A DNA stretch of 64,000 nt from Squalus acanthias (taxonomy: Eukaryota). Shown here one piece after another: positions 24,015 through 35,364 of the stretch (positions are counted from its first letter, which is position 1; every line of letters begins with the position of its first letter). A model generated the notes under the pieces. That model ran no database searches and had not been told where the DNA came from. It saw nothing but the letters and a program-made list of their open reading frames with translations. The translations under genes were made by a program, and so were the position numbers. Where the stretch lies: the NCBI GenBank assembly GCA_030390025.1, contig CM059431.1, positions 99,946,001 through 100,010,000 of the forward strand, given 5' to 3'.

Positions 24015-26065
24015 ATGCTTGTGAAGGAATAAGTCATATAACCTATTCAGAAAAATACACCATTCTATGAAAGAATTCTGGCCTTATTAAAACATGACAA
24101 ACTGGGTCTGGAAATCTAGAAACCTAACTATGAAAAAGCTGTGAAAGCATTCTGGCTATAGAGATAAGATAGTTGTTGACACTGAATCAATAACCTTACT
24201 GAAACAGAAGGTTAAAGGCTCCGGTAGTCTGAACCTTTCAGAATCAAACAATGGTTCACCCTGTACAAGGTGTTCTAATTTACACTTCATAAAGAAGCAC
24301 ATAAAAGTAAGAAACATCTGCCTTCGTAAAAATGACATCAAGTAAAACACACCTGCCATTACACCATTTTTTATGGTAAACTTAGAACATCTAGAGAAGA
24401 GACATAGGGGGAAAAATTCAGTTGGTTGCGCCTCCCGTTAGCGCCTTAAGAGGGCGCTAATGGGGCGCAAAGCATCTAGCGCCCAGGCGCGGCGAAGTTT
24501 GCGCCGCTCGCAAAATTAACTAGAGATTTTGTGGCGGCGCTAAACACTACCGCCACGATCTCCTGCGCCGGCAGATCGTGACGTCAGTCGAGTGCGCAAC
24601 GCCCCGGTATCGCCCCAGAGCGGATATTGAGTGGCGCCCCCTGCCTTACCGCCTGACGCTAGCAACGACAGGTTGAGGGGAGCGTTCTGCAGTCATGAAG
24701 GGAAAGGGGGAGTGCTATTTAAAGGTGACCGCTTCCTGCCTTTTATTGTTGGTTCCATTTTTGAACTACGCATTCTGAGAGAGAGAGAGAGAGAGAGAGA
24801 CTTTTGGAGAGATTCAATGTTGTGTGAAGGAGTTTTGGGTACTGAGCAGAACTTTGCAGCTTCATTTTGATTTGCCATTCCTTGTCTCGATTTAGAAGAG
24901 ACTGTGGGGGCTGCACTCTGAGCTCTTTGCCTGGTACTCTCCATTGTTCTTTCCAGCAGATTTGATGTGCAGGTCTCTCCAGGCCGAGATTCAAGGCTGC
25001 AATGAGCAGGATGTGGATGAAAAGCAAGATTAACCATCCCCTTTAAGAACTGGCCCGTGCCATTGTGTGTGTGTTCCATTGCTGACTGACATTACATGAG
25101 CTTCGCCAGTGCTCTGAGGTAGCGCCTCGCTCTTCGGCCTTTGCGCCTTAAGACAGGTGTGCAGCGCTTGATTTAGCACTCCAATCACCTCCAGGGGCGA
25201 TAAAAGTCAAGTTTGCAGTCTGTGGCGATAATTTGCGCCAGGCGCTAATCTTTGCGCCCGGCCGATAATTGCGCCCCAAATGGGGCGATACTGAATTTCT
25301 CCCCCATAATTCTGTAATGCTACCAGCTGTGGTGACTGTAAGAATTGCAGGGGTCAGCAGAAAAATGACTAGAGATAATTAGCTTACATCATCAGAAAAC
25401 CTTAAAGGAAATACCACTGGAAAAGGGTATAAATATTGAACTCTCAAATGGGATAGTAGACTCGCTTTAAAGGGGCAAAGCGATTCTCGGCTTCAGAGGT
25501 GGCTCTGTAAGTCTCCAACTCTTTGTACCTCGGGGATCAAAGGTACTGTATTTGATTTTGGTGGATATCCTGTAGAAAACTAAGAACTGTAAAACTGTAG
25601 CGAAGTTAAGATTTGAGAGTAAGGCTTTCTGATAATAGAATTGTAAGCTTTCTCTTTTTGGAACTGTTAATGTTGCGATTGACTCACCAACTGTAAATTA
25701 CATGTCGGTTCTTTAATAAATCTATATATTTTTAGAAATGTCTCACATAAGACTTCTGCATCAAACTCGCGAACTCAATCTCTGTAACGCTTTGGTGAGG
25801 AGTTGTAGAATTCTGGGGGAGTTTTCCAGACCCTCATAATATCCGGAACATTACAGTCTAGCTAAACTTATTAAAAGTGCTATCTGGAGGACGGTAACAT
25901 TTTCAGGTTGTTCCTATCCTTTAGGGAGAGATAGTCCGGACCTTTAGACCCAATTAAGCATCTTTAGGATTCGGCGACCTCAAACTTTAGTTGAAAGTGA
26001 ATGTCTGAGGAATACGCCTGATCCGGGGTAGCCCTAAAGGGGCTGGGACTAGTAAATATCACTTC
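24015..26065. other. Orphan ~1.15-kb insert (24015-24406 plus 25309-26065) inside Gypsy RNase H; identity unknown
   Basis: RNase H coding stops at GGT CGT (24014) and resumes at AAG (26066); no TSD, TIR or poly-A; unlike any other repeat in the window. Confidence 0.8.
24407..25305. mobile_element. PIF/Harbinger-type non-autonomous element (family A) nested in the orphan insert
   Basis: TIR gggggaaaaattcagt / actgaatttctccccc; TSD ATA. Confidence 0.9.
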
Positions 26066-26379
26066 AAGCTTAACATAGTTACTGACCGCAATCCTCCACC
26101 CAAAGTCTCCAGTTCCAACCTTAGCTGTAGCCCGAATGCAGAGATGGGCTTTGATTTTGTCAGCGTATACATCTGACATTGAGTGCAGATGATCAGCTGA
26201 TCACAGTAATGCTGATGCTATGTCCAGGTTGCCATCCCATCACAAGTTACACCCAATAAGGAAGAAGTGTTCAATTTCTCATAACTTGATGAGCTGCCAG
26301 TCACATCTGAAGAGATTGGTAGGGCAACCAAATGTGACCCAATTATGTCAAAGGTGTATGATTACATAGCAAATGGATG

Positions 26380-27110
26380 GCCAAACCAGGTATCAGAGGA
26401 ATGAATTGTCAGTGGATAAAGATTGTATCATGTGGGGAGCAAGAGTGGTTATCCCAGATAGGTTCAGGTCTAAATTGTTAGGAGATCTTCATGACCAGCA
26501 CCTGGGAATGTGCTTGACCAAGAGTTTTGCACGGAGATACTTATGGTGGCCATGTTTAGATAAAGAGATAAGAGTACATGGTCAGTCAGTGTACAACCTG
26601 TCAATCGGTGAGCAAGAAACCACCATTACAGCCATGGAAATGGCCTCCCAGAGTGTGGCAAAGATTACATGTAGATTTTGCTGAGATAGAAGGACAGCAA
26701 TTGTTTATAGTGATAGATAGTCACTCGAAGTGGGTAGAGGTGTTTCCGATGCGGATAATAACAACAAGTAAAACACTCGACAATTTACGAAGATTGTTTT
26801 CTTCATACAGCCTCCCAGAAGAAATTGTGTCTGATAATGAGCCGCAATTTTGTTCAGAAGAGTTCACACAGTTCAAGAGCAGAAACGGTGTGAAACATAC
26901 CAAAGTTCCACCGTGCCACCCTGCTTCAAATGGTGCAGCAGAGCACACAGTACAAATTGTCAAACGTGCCCACATCAAGCAAATGGTCGATCCAAATCCA
27001 AGAAACGTCAGTTGTCATTGGACCACAAACTGGCAAATGTTCTGATTACCTATCGGAATAATCCTCATACCACTACTGGTAGAAAACCAGCAGAGTTGTT
27101 TCTCAAACTT
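26380..27110 (+). pseudogene. Gypsy integrase (HHCC zinc finger and DDE core), frameshifted
   Basis: LHDQHLG...WWP.LD, CTTC, WQRLHVDFA, IVSDNEPQF, HPASNGAAE. Confidence 0.9.
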
Positions 27111-27846
27111 GGCACAGTCCGTAGAAGAGAAACAATCAAGGCAGAAAGAGAGTCGTGATATAGGTAGAGTTAGAGAGAGAAGTGTGAAGTTGAACCAGAA
27201 GGTTAGAGTGAAGAACCATCACCATAAATAGTTAAAGTGGTTACCAGGAAGAGTCGTGAAGATATGTGGCCCTCGCACATATTTGGTCAAGATGTTTGAT
27301 CATGGAAAGGTTAGGTTTGTTCACATTGATCATATCTTAACTACAGATGTGGAAGGAGTTGAAAGCTGGGATGATTCAATTTATTCTGATGAGTCAGATA
27401 GTCTTGTTACAAGTAGAGTACCAGTAGCAAATCCTACATCAGACGTACTAGAAACAAGTCCAAGAGAAAGTCAGAATTTAAGTCCGAGTCAGGCAGACAA
27501 ACAGTCTGAAAGTGTAGAGAGTCCAAATGTAGATCAAGGCCAGCCCTTGGAGAAAAATTCTCCGCAGGCTCAGCCTAGAATGAGTCAAAGTCCTACAACA
27601 AGATCTGAAAGTTCTGTTCAAGAAAGAAGGTATCCTCTTCGAAACAGAAAACCAGTGGTTAAGTTTAATCTGTAAATATAGAAAATAAGTTCATATCTTT
27701 TGTTTGAGTTACAGAATTCTAGAGTAGAATTTGGAAACATAAAATGGGTTCCATTTGAGAAATGTATACCAAGAGTTGTGTATACCACGCAAGTCATGTA
27801 CAATGATTATTTGCTATGATTAACTTCTTCAATAAGGAGGGAGAAC

Positions 27847-27966
27847 TTTAATAGAACCACCTGGTGGGCTACTGATGTATATAATAATAAAGCCATATGC
27901 AGTACAGTTCTTACCAGAAGCCATGTTGTGCTGTTGTATATATATGCTGTGTCCCAAGATATCACA
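27847..27966 (+). repeat. 3' LTR (120 bp)
   Basis: tttaatagaaccacc...aagatatcaca followed by TSD gcctt. Confidence 0.95.
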
Positions 27967-28349
27967 GCCTTATTAACCTGCATTGTTACTTTTAGTAATT
28001 TGTGTATCTGTACCCTCAGATCACTCTGCCCCTCTACCCCATTAAAACAATTATTTTCCCAGGAGTATGTGGCCTCCTTATTCTTCCTACCAAAATGTAC
28101 CACCTCACACTTATCTATAATGTTGGTTCAATTAAGATAGTTTTAACACAAATTAATTTTTCAGAAAGGTTAAATTTTGCAGGGGGGAGTGTGATGGAGG
28201 GAGGGTTGGAGGTGCTGCGACATAATCTTATGGTTCACACGGGGGGCGGGGGGAGTCACGCTCTGTCTGCAGCCTGGCATGAGCAAGTAGTCAGGAGGAG
28301 CCCGCTGGCTACAAGAGGCCTAGATACATTTCAAAAATTTGCCCTTCTC

Positions 28350-28798
28350 TGCTGTGGCTCAGTGGGTAGCACACTCACCTCTGAGTCAGAAGGTTGTGGG
28401 TCTCACGTCCCACTCCAGGGACTTGTAGCACATAAAGCAAGGCTGACACTCCCAGTGCAGTGCTGAGGGAGCGCTGCACTGTCGGAAGTGCTGTCTTTCG
28501 GATGAGACGTTAAACCGAGGCCCTGTCTGCTCTCTCAGGTGGATGTAAAAGATCCCAAGGCCACTATTTTGAAGGAGTTATCCCCGGTGTCCTGACCAAT
28601 ATTTATCACTAAAACAACAGATGATCTGGTCATTATCACATTGCTGTTTGTGGGAGCTTGCTGTGTGCAAATTGGCTGCTGCGTTTCCCACATTACAACA
28701 GTGACTCCACTTCAAAAAGTACTTCATTGGCTGTAAAGCACTTGGAGACGTCCAGTGGTCGTGAAAGGCGCTATATAAATGCAAGTCTTTCTTTCTTC
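28350..28798 (+). mobile_element. Near full-length tRNA-headed DeuSINE (SacSINE1-like)
   Basis: A-box tggctcagtgg, degenerate B-box, single 33-bp unit, Deu-like core, L2-like tail aaaggcgctatataaatgcaagtc(tttc)n. Confidence 0.8.
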
Positions 28799-29304
28799 TT
28801 GTAGCCAGGAGGAGCAGGAGTGTTCCCCTCTGCTCCGCTTTCCCCTTCCCATTTCCCCGGCCATTGGCATTCCCTCCCCCCACCCCAAATCTTTGGGAAT
28901 CACCAACACTAGCCTGGCTTGACTGGTGACTGGAGGGAATCCAGGCCTCGCCCTCCCACCAACTGCTGCTCGAGGGCGTCCCCTCCAGCCACTGACTGCT
29001 GGGGATCGTTCCCATGGATCCCCGGCAGGGGGTCAAATTCCCACTCCCGCCCTCCGGCCAGGCAGTCCATCTGACCGGCTCTTGGGCTACTCTGCAGAGT
29101 TTTATTTAAGTGCGGCCCCGCAGTTCCTGCTTGTCCCCCATCCTTGCCAGGTTCACTGCCCACTCTCGAGCTCCCTCGCACCCTCCCTGCCTCCCCGTTA
29201 ATGTTGAGGCCTTTGAATCAGGGCGATGTCAAACAGGGACCATGAGGCTTAGAGTAGAGCACCTAGTATATTCATTTAGAATTACTAAGAACAAAGAAGT
29301 CCAA

Positions 29305-30807
29305 GGGGTAGAAATTAGGTCGCGCCCCATTTGGGGCGCAAATATCGTCCGGACGCAAATATTAGCGCCTGGCGCTAATTATCGGCACTGACAGGAAACT
29401 TCACTTTTACCGCCCCGGGAGGTGAGTGGAGCGCTAAAGCAGGCGCTGCACACCTCTCTTAAGGCGCAAAGGCCAAGGAGTGAGGCGCTAACTCGGAGCG
29501 CTGGCGAAGCTCATGTAATGTCAGTCAGCAATGGAACACACACACAATGGCACGGGCCAGTTCTTAAAGGGGATGGTTAATCTTGCTTTCCATCCACATC
29601 CTGTTCATTGCTGCCTTGAATCTCGGCCTGGAGAGACTTGCACATCAAATGTGCTGGAAAGAACAATGGAGAGTACCAGGCAAGGAGCTCAGAGTGCAGC
29701 TCCCACATTCTCTGCTAAATCGATACAAGGAATGGCAAATCAAAATGAACCTGCAAAGTGCTGCTCAGTACCCAAAACTCCTTCACACAACGTTGAATCT
29801 CTCCAGAAGTCTCTCCCTCTCTCTCTCAGAATGCGTAGTTCAAAAATGCCACCAACAATAAAAGACCGGAAGAGGCCCCCTTTAAATAGCGCCCCCCCCA
29901 GCCCCACAGCGATTGATAGCGTTCCAGTCTTCTGGTCGTTGGAAGCGCCAGGCGGTAAGGCAGGGGGCGCCACTCAATTTCCGCTACGGGGCGCCCCAAT
30001 GGCGTTGCACCATGGAATGACGTCACAATCTGCGCGCGCAGGTGGTCGCAGCGGTAAGTTTTAGCGCCGCCGCACAATCTCAGGTTAAGTTCTCGAGCGG
30101 CGCAAACATCACTGCGCACGGGCGCGCTACTTTTAGCGCTTCAAAAAAATTAGTGCCCCCGTGGCCGACATTCATCGGTAGCGCCCCAAGAGGGAAGCAG
30201 GGTGCTACTGGAAGTGTCCCGCCTTCCTCTTGGGGCGCTGCGAGGGAATATCGCGGCGCTACCTGCCACGGTACTGCAGGCCTTCCTTTCCTTCTTAAAG
30301 GGGAGGGGCCTAGCGCAGCGCGACCCAGTGCCCAGCTGGGCCACCAGGGATCGGAGTGCCGGCAAAAGAGCCCGGCACTCAAGAGGAGTGCCGGGCTCAT
30401 GGAGCGCAGCTGGCATTCCGCGGGGGGGGCTGCTCAGGAGGCCGGGGATGACAGAGGGGGCAGGTGCTGGCAGGCGGCCAGCAACAAAAATGGCCGCCCG
30501 GCACCTCGCCTTTAATTAGCGCCGCCCCGCCCGCAGGTAGGCGCCCTTGACCCTGTCGGACATAGCATCCGGCGGTAAGTCAGGGGGCGCTACTGAAGAT
30601 CGCAGCCAGGGTGCTGCGCACAGGCGATGACGTCATCGCCAGTGGTGCAGCGCCGCGGACCGCTAATGGTTACCGCCGCCGATAACCTCCCACTGAATTT
30701 CGCGGAAGGTGTTGGCAGCGCCACGCTCGGGCGCTAGTTGCTTTGCGCCCCGTTAGCACCATCTTAGGGCGCTAATGGGAGGCACAAAGCAACCAAATTT
30801 TTCCCCC
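29305..30807. mobile_element. Longer Harbinger family-A-related element in reverse orientation
   Basis: Ends ggggtagaaatt / aatttttccccc; 29305-30100 is a reverse-complement homolog of 8616-9486; flanking triplets do not match, so possibly a composite. Confidence 0.7.
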
Positions 30808-30877
30808 TTACTGTTTAGGGGAATACTTTATCTCAGTATTCTTTTTCCCAAAATGTACTACTTCACATTTCTCACTA

Positions 30878-31195
30878 GCTTCGGCAGTACCTCCCAAACC
30901 CGCGACCTCTTCCACCTAGAAGGACAAGGGCAGCAGGCGCATGGGAACACCATCACCTCCAAGTTCCCCTCCAAGTCACACACCATCCTGACTTGGAAAT
31001 ATATCGGCCGTTCCTTCTTCATCGCTGGGTCAAAATCCTGGAACTCCCTCCTTAACAGCACCGTGGGAGTACCTTCACCACATGGACTGCAGCGGTTCAA
31101 GAAGGCGGCTCACCACCACCTTCTCGAGGGCAATTAGGGACGGGCAATAAATGCCGGCCTTGCCAGTGACGCCCACATCCCGAGAATGAATTTTT
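30878..31195 (+). mobile_element. 3' fragment of second-family CR1-group LINE
   Basis: Near-identical to 6040-6350. Confidence 0.85.
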
Positions 31196-31242
31196 CAAAA
31201 AATTACTGTGAGCATGATACAGTTGACAGAACAGAATTCTAG

Positions 31243-31417
31243 AGTCCAAAGATGTGCGGGTTAGGTTGATTTGGCTAGGATAAATTGACCCTTAGTGTTA
31301 GGGGGATTAAATACGTGGGGTTACGGGGATAGGGTGGGATATGTGTCGGTGCAGGCTCGATGGGCCGAAATGGCCTCTATCTGCACTGTGGGGATTCTGT
31401 GATTCTGTGATTCTGTG
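31243..31417 (+). mobile_element. HE1-like V-SINE 3' half
   Basis: agtccaaagatgtgcgggttagg...(gattctgt)n tail; second copy at 19514-19660; family assignment from memory. Confidence 0.65.
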
Positions 31418-31709
31418 ATAACAGGAGAAGTACTGATTTCAAAGTAACTGATGCATCTCGAACCAGTTTATATAGAGACACCAGGTGGCCTTATCTCGCT
31501 ATTCTTTTCTGGAATTCCCTGCCTAAGCCAGTCCGCCTCGCTACCTCTCTTTCCTCCTTTAAGACGCTCCTTAAAACCTACCTCTTTGACCAAGCTTTTG
31601 GTCACCTATCCTAGTTTATCTTTGTGTGGATTGGTGTCAAATTTTTTTGTCTTAAAATACTCCTGTGCAGCGCCTTGGGACATTTTACTACGTTAAAGGC
31701 GCTATATAA

Positions 31710-32225
31710 AGCTCGAGGAACAGCACCTCATCTTTCGTTTAGGCACCCTACAGCCCTCTGGACTCAACATCGAGTTCAACAATTTCAGATCATAACCTTG
31801 GCCCCTATCACATTGATATTTTTTTTGGTTTTTTTTCATCCACCCTTTTGTTTGGCCTTTTTTTTCCCTCCCAGAAGCTGGCAGCTGTCCTTCATTCTGC
31901 CAGCCCAGTTCACACTTCATCTAGCCTCTACCTGTCACATTAACACCTCCTCTTGCCTTGATTATCTCTTTATGTCTCTTAATCTCTCCTGCTTTCTATC
32001 CCACCACTGACCTTGCCTTTTGTTCTTTCATCCCCTCCCCCTTTTCCCGGCATTATACTTGCTTTAAATCTATTTCATTTCCTGCTTTTTTCCAGTTCTG
32101 ACGAAAGGTCTTCGACCTGAAACGTTAACTCTGTTTCTCTCTCCACGGATGCTGCCTGGCCTGCTGAGTTCTTCCAGCGTTTTCTGTTGTTATTTCGGAT
32201 TTCCAGCATCCGCAGTATTTTGCTA
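31710..32225 (+). mobile_element. Penelope-like element 3' end
   Basis: Encodes KLEEQHLIFRLGTLQPSGLNIEFNNFRS then the pLTR with hammerhead. Confidence 0.85.
32094..32130 (+). ncRNA. Minimal type I hammerhead ribozyme (intact core)
   Basis: AGTT-CTGACGA-A-AGGTC-TTC-GACCT-GAAA-CG-TT-AACT. Confidence 0.75.
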
Positions 32226-32704
32226 TCATATAAATACAAGTTATTGTTGTTCCCAAAATGTACTACTTCACATTTCTCATTACCTACCACCTATCACCCA
32301 CTCTGCTAGCCAATGACCGCCTGCAATTTTCCTCACACTTTGCTGGGTCCCACAATTTGGTCTCAGACTACGTAAAAAGGCCACACTGTTTCCCGTGACG
32401 GCAATGTAAACAAATGGTAGTGTTTAAAGTGAAGTTCAAATTCAAACAAATCTCGGGAAACACTCTGTCGCACCTGCACTTCAATATAAGATAGAATCAA
32501 AGACGTATCACTGTGACTTTACAACTCAATGAGTAAACAACATCTCTACTGCACAGCTTTGTGACTGTGCAATACTATGACTACAGACAACATACGTTTT
32601 TGTGACTCAGAGTATCATGCCTAATTGATAAATCAGAGGTAAAAATAGAACAGAGATGAAAAATAAGAGACAAACGCTGTGACGGAGACATCATTAATTG
32701 CATC

Positions 32705-33220
32705 ACAAAAACAAATTACTGCGGATGCCGGAAATTTAAAATAAAAACAGAAAATGCCGGAAACGCTCGGCGGGTCAGGCAGCATCTGTGGAGAGAGAAA
32801 CAGAGTCAACATTTCAGGTCGATGACCTTTCGTCAGAAGTGGAAAAAGTTCGAGATGGAACAGGTTTTTAAGCAAGTGCAGGGGCAGGGAAAGCGGGGAG
32901 GGGAGGAAAGAACAAAAGGGAAGGTCTGTGATAGGATGGAAGGCAGGAGAGATTAAATGACTAAAGGGAGGATGGTGCGAGGCAAAAGCAGATGGTAATG
33001 GGACAAATAAAGAAACAAAAGATGGGTCTCGAGGCAACGTTCCCTCTAAGCTGTGCAGCCGTGCAGCTCTCAGCCAATCCCACGCAGCCCGGGACCGGCT
33101 TTTCTAACGTTAAGTTTCACGCATGCGCGAAACTGTGACTGGGCCGCGGAGCCCCTTAAAGGGGCCACGCACCCAAAAAAAAATTAGAGGGAGCATTGTC
33201 CAGAGAAGGTGTAAATGGGA
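32705..33220 (-). mobile_element. Penelope-like pLTR fragment, interrupted by a small MITE
   Basis: Reverse complement homolog of 44000-44300. Confidence 0.8.
33035..33198. mobile_element. Small MITE, possibly hAT
   Basis: TIR caacgttccctctaa / ttagagggagcattg; degenerate 8-bp flanks tctcgagg / tccagaga. Confidence 0.55.
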
Positions 33221-33239
33221 ATATCAGAATCATCAGCAA

Positions 33240-33650
33240 CATTGTACCTGAACTACGCACCATTGTGACTGCACAGCACTGTAGCTGTATAAGTAGGATC
33301 GCGCAGTACAGTGACCGCATTGCACTGCGAGTATCCAAACGTTGTGACTACCAAACACGATAAAAGCATTGCTTCTCCATTATACAGCTCTGTAACCACA
33401 CCTCACTGTGACCACATGGCTCTGTGATTGCACGGCACTGAAACTATATATAACAGTGACTGCAGAGTACAATCATCAGGATAACTACCCTGGGCTGAGA
33501 GTGCACATACGCACCGTGACTACCAGGTGCTGAAATTGCACAGCACCACGACTATATATAACTCAGAAAGCAGCATGACTGCACAATTATGTGACTACAT
33601 AGTTCTGTTTGTACATTGCACTGTGATTATGTAGCATTGTGGCTACGAGG
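33240..33650. repeat. Old degenerate 16-bp tandem repeat (consensus about CTGTGACTRCACAGCA); related tract at 32480-32612
   Basis: ctgtaaccacacctca ctgtgaccacatggct ctgtgattgcacggca ctgaaactatatataa cagtgactgcagagta in exact 16-bp register. Confidence 0.7.
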
Positions 33651-33824
33651 CATTATTCAAACTGAAGTGTTCAAAGCAGCATGGATCTCAAGTCTACAAT
33701 CTTCATTCCATAGAATTTCATAGAGTTTACAGCAAAGGTACAGGCCATTCAGCCCATCTGGTCTATGCTTAAAATATATTCACAATGAAAATGGATTGGT
33801 GAGAAACTTCCCAACATAATGGTT

Positions 33825-34975
33825 AATAAGGCCATAAAAAACTGCAAACCAAACACTGGGTTCATTTCTAAACTGAATTGAAAAGCAGAGAAGTTATGAT
33901 AAACTTATACAACTTTGGTTAGACCACACTTGGAGCACCGTGCATAGTTCTGGTCTCCATATACCTTGGTTAGACCACACTTGGAGCACTGTGCACAGTC
34001 CTGGTCTCCATATACCTTGGTTAGACCACACTTGGAGCACTGTGCACAGTCCTGGTCTCCATATACCTTGGTTAGACCACACTTGGAGCACTGTGCACAG
34101 TCCTGGTCTCCATATACCTTGGTTAGACCACACTTGGAGCACTGTGCACAGTTCTGATCTCCATATACCTTGGTTAGACCACACTTGGAGCACTGTGCAC
34201 AGTCCTGGTCTCCATATACCTTGGTTAGACCACACTTGGAGCACTGTGCACAGTCCTGGTCTCCATATACCTTGGTTAGACCACACTTGGAGCACTGTGC
34301 ACAGTCCTGGTCTCCATATACCTTGGTTAGACCACACTTGGAGCACTGTGCACAGTCCTGGTCTCCATATACTTGGTTAGACCACACTGGGAGCACTGTG
34401 CAAAGTTCTGGTCTCCGTATACCTTGGTTGGATCACACTTGGAGCACTGTGCTCAGTTCCTGTCTATATTATAAAAAGGATACAGAGACACTGGAGAAGG
34501 TGCAAAAACAGATTTCCAAGGATGATACCGGAGCTGAGAGGTTATAACTATGAGGAAAGACTGAACAGGCTGGGGCTCCTTTCTCTAGAACAGAGAAGGC
34601 TGAGGGTTGACCTGATAGAAGGGGTTTGATAGGGTAGATGTAGAGAAGATGTTTCCACTTGTGGGAGAGACCAAAACCAGGGGCCATAAATATAAGATAG
34701 TCACCAATAAATCCAATAGGGAATTCAGGAGAAACTTCTTTACCCAGAGAGTGGGGAGAATGTGGAACTCGCTACCACATGGAGTGGTTGAGGCGAAGAG
34801 CAGAGATACATTTAAGGGGAAGCTGGATAAACACATGAGGGAGAAAGGAATTGAAGGATATGTTGATAGGGTGAGATGAAGAGGGGTGGGAGGAGGCTGG
34901 TGTGGAGCATAAACACTGGCACGGACCAGTTGGGCCGAATGGCCTGTTTCTGTGCTGTAAATTCTATGCAATTCG
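33825..34975 (+). mobile_element. CR1 3' fragment with internal tandem expansion
   Basis: CR1 sequence on both sides of the array. Confidence 0.85.
33913..34468. repeat. 51-bp minisatellite, about 11 units, derived from CR1 ORF2 (LVRPHLEHCAQSWSPYT)
   Basis: Unit ccttggttagaccacacttggagcactgtgcacagtcctggtctccatata. Confidence 0.95.
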
Positions 34976-35364
34976 ATGGAATGAATAACCCTTTTACTCC
35001 GGAGCTCAGTTAGTTATGAAATATCCCTTTTCCAGTTTCCTTTTTATTCAAAGAATACATCTCACAGCTTCGTGAGCCGTAAGCTGATCGGTTTCAATAT
35101 CATCAGAACATTCTCTGTACCACTGAGCCAGTATAATCACCAGAAAGGTTCAGATCCACTAAAAAATCATTGAAAGCCTCATAAATCAAAACACAAAGAA
35201 AGGATTATGAGGATGGTGATCTGACGAGCACAGCAAGGCTGTGATGTTAGGATAAATATGCAGACCTTCCAGTTTTTTTTATCTCAAAAAGGTCAGCGGT
35301 AAGAATTCAATCAATTACTTATATTAGACTGTTTACAGTTAAAAAGCATTGAAAAGTTTTATTC

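Larger units (their letters stand above)
23938..26240 (+). pseudogene. Gypsy RNase H, split between 24014 and 26066 by a foreign insert
   Basis: YAQIKREALSLIFGVKKFHKYLFGR | KLNIVTD..LTAILHPKSPVPTLAVARMQRWALILSAY..DIE...ADHSNADAMSRLP. Confidence 0.85.
22894..27966 (+). mobile_element. Gypsy/Ty3 LTR retrotransposon, both LTRs present, protease and RT deleted
   Basis: 120-bp LTR pair; 5-bp TSD GCCTT (22889-22893, 27967-27971); PBS tggcgatgagg at 23018; PPT aaggagggagaac before 27847; order gag - RNase H - integrase. Confidence 0.95.
22330..28120 (-). mobile_element. CR1 fragment (22330-22893 and 27967-28120) split by the Gypsy insertion
   Basis: VHFGRKNKEATY...DLRVQIHK.LKV..QVNKA frame on the right continues across the TSD into CR1 sequence on the left. 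Confidence 0.75.

Noticed and set aside
24693..25079. ORF conserved in three places (8928-9302, 24693-25079, 29531-30064) as a possible gene family
   Set aside because: The similarity reflects copies of one MITE; ORF ends differ and it crosses a variable (ga)n tract.
24015..26065. NUMT or alternative genetic code (TGA=Trp) origin for the orphan insert
   Set aside because: Reading TGA as Trp leaves many TAA/TAG stops in the frames I translated, and I recognise no mitochondrial gene or rRNA.
33894..34547. Cys-rich repeat ORFs (CAQCSKC) resembling zinc fingers
   Set aside because: Antisense and alternative frames of a CR1-derived 51-bp tandem repeat.
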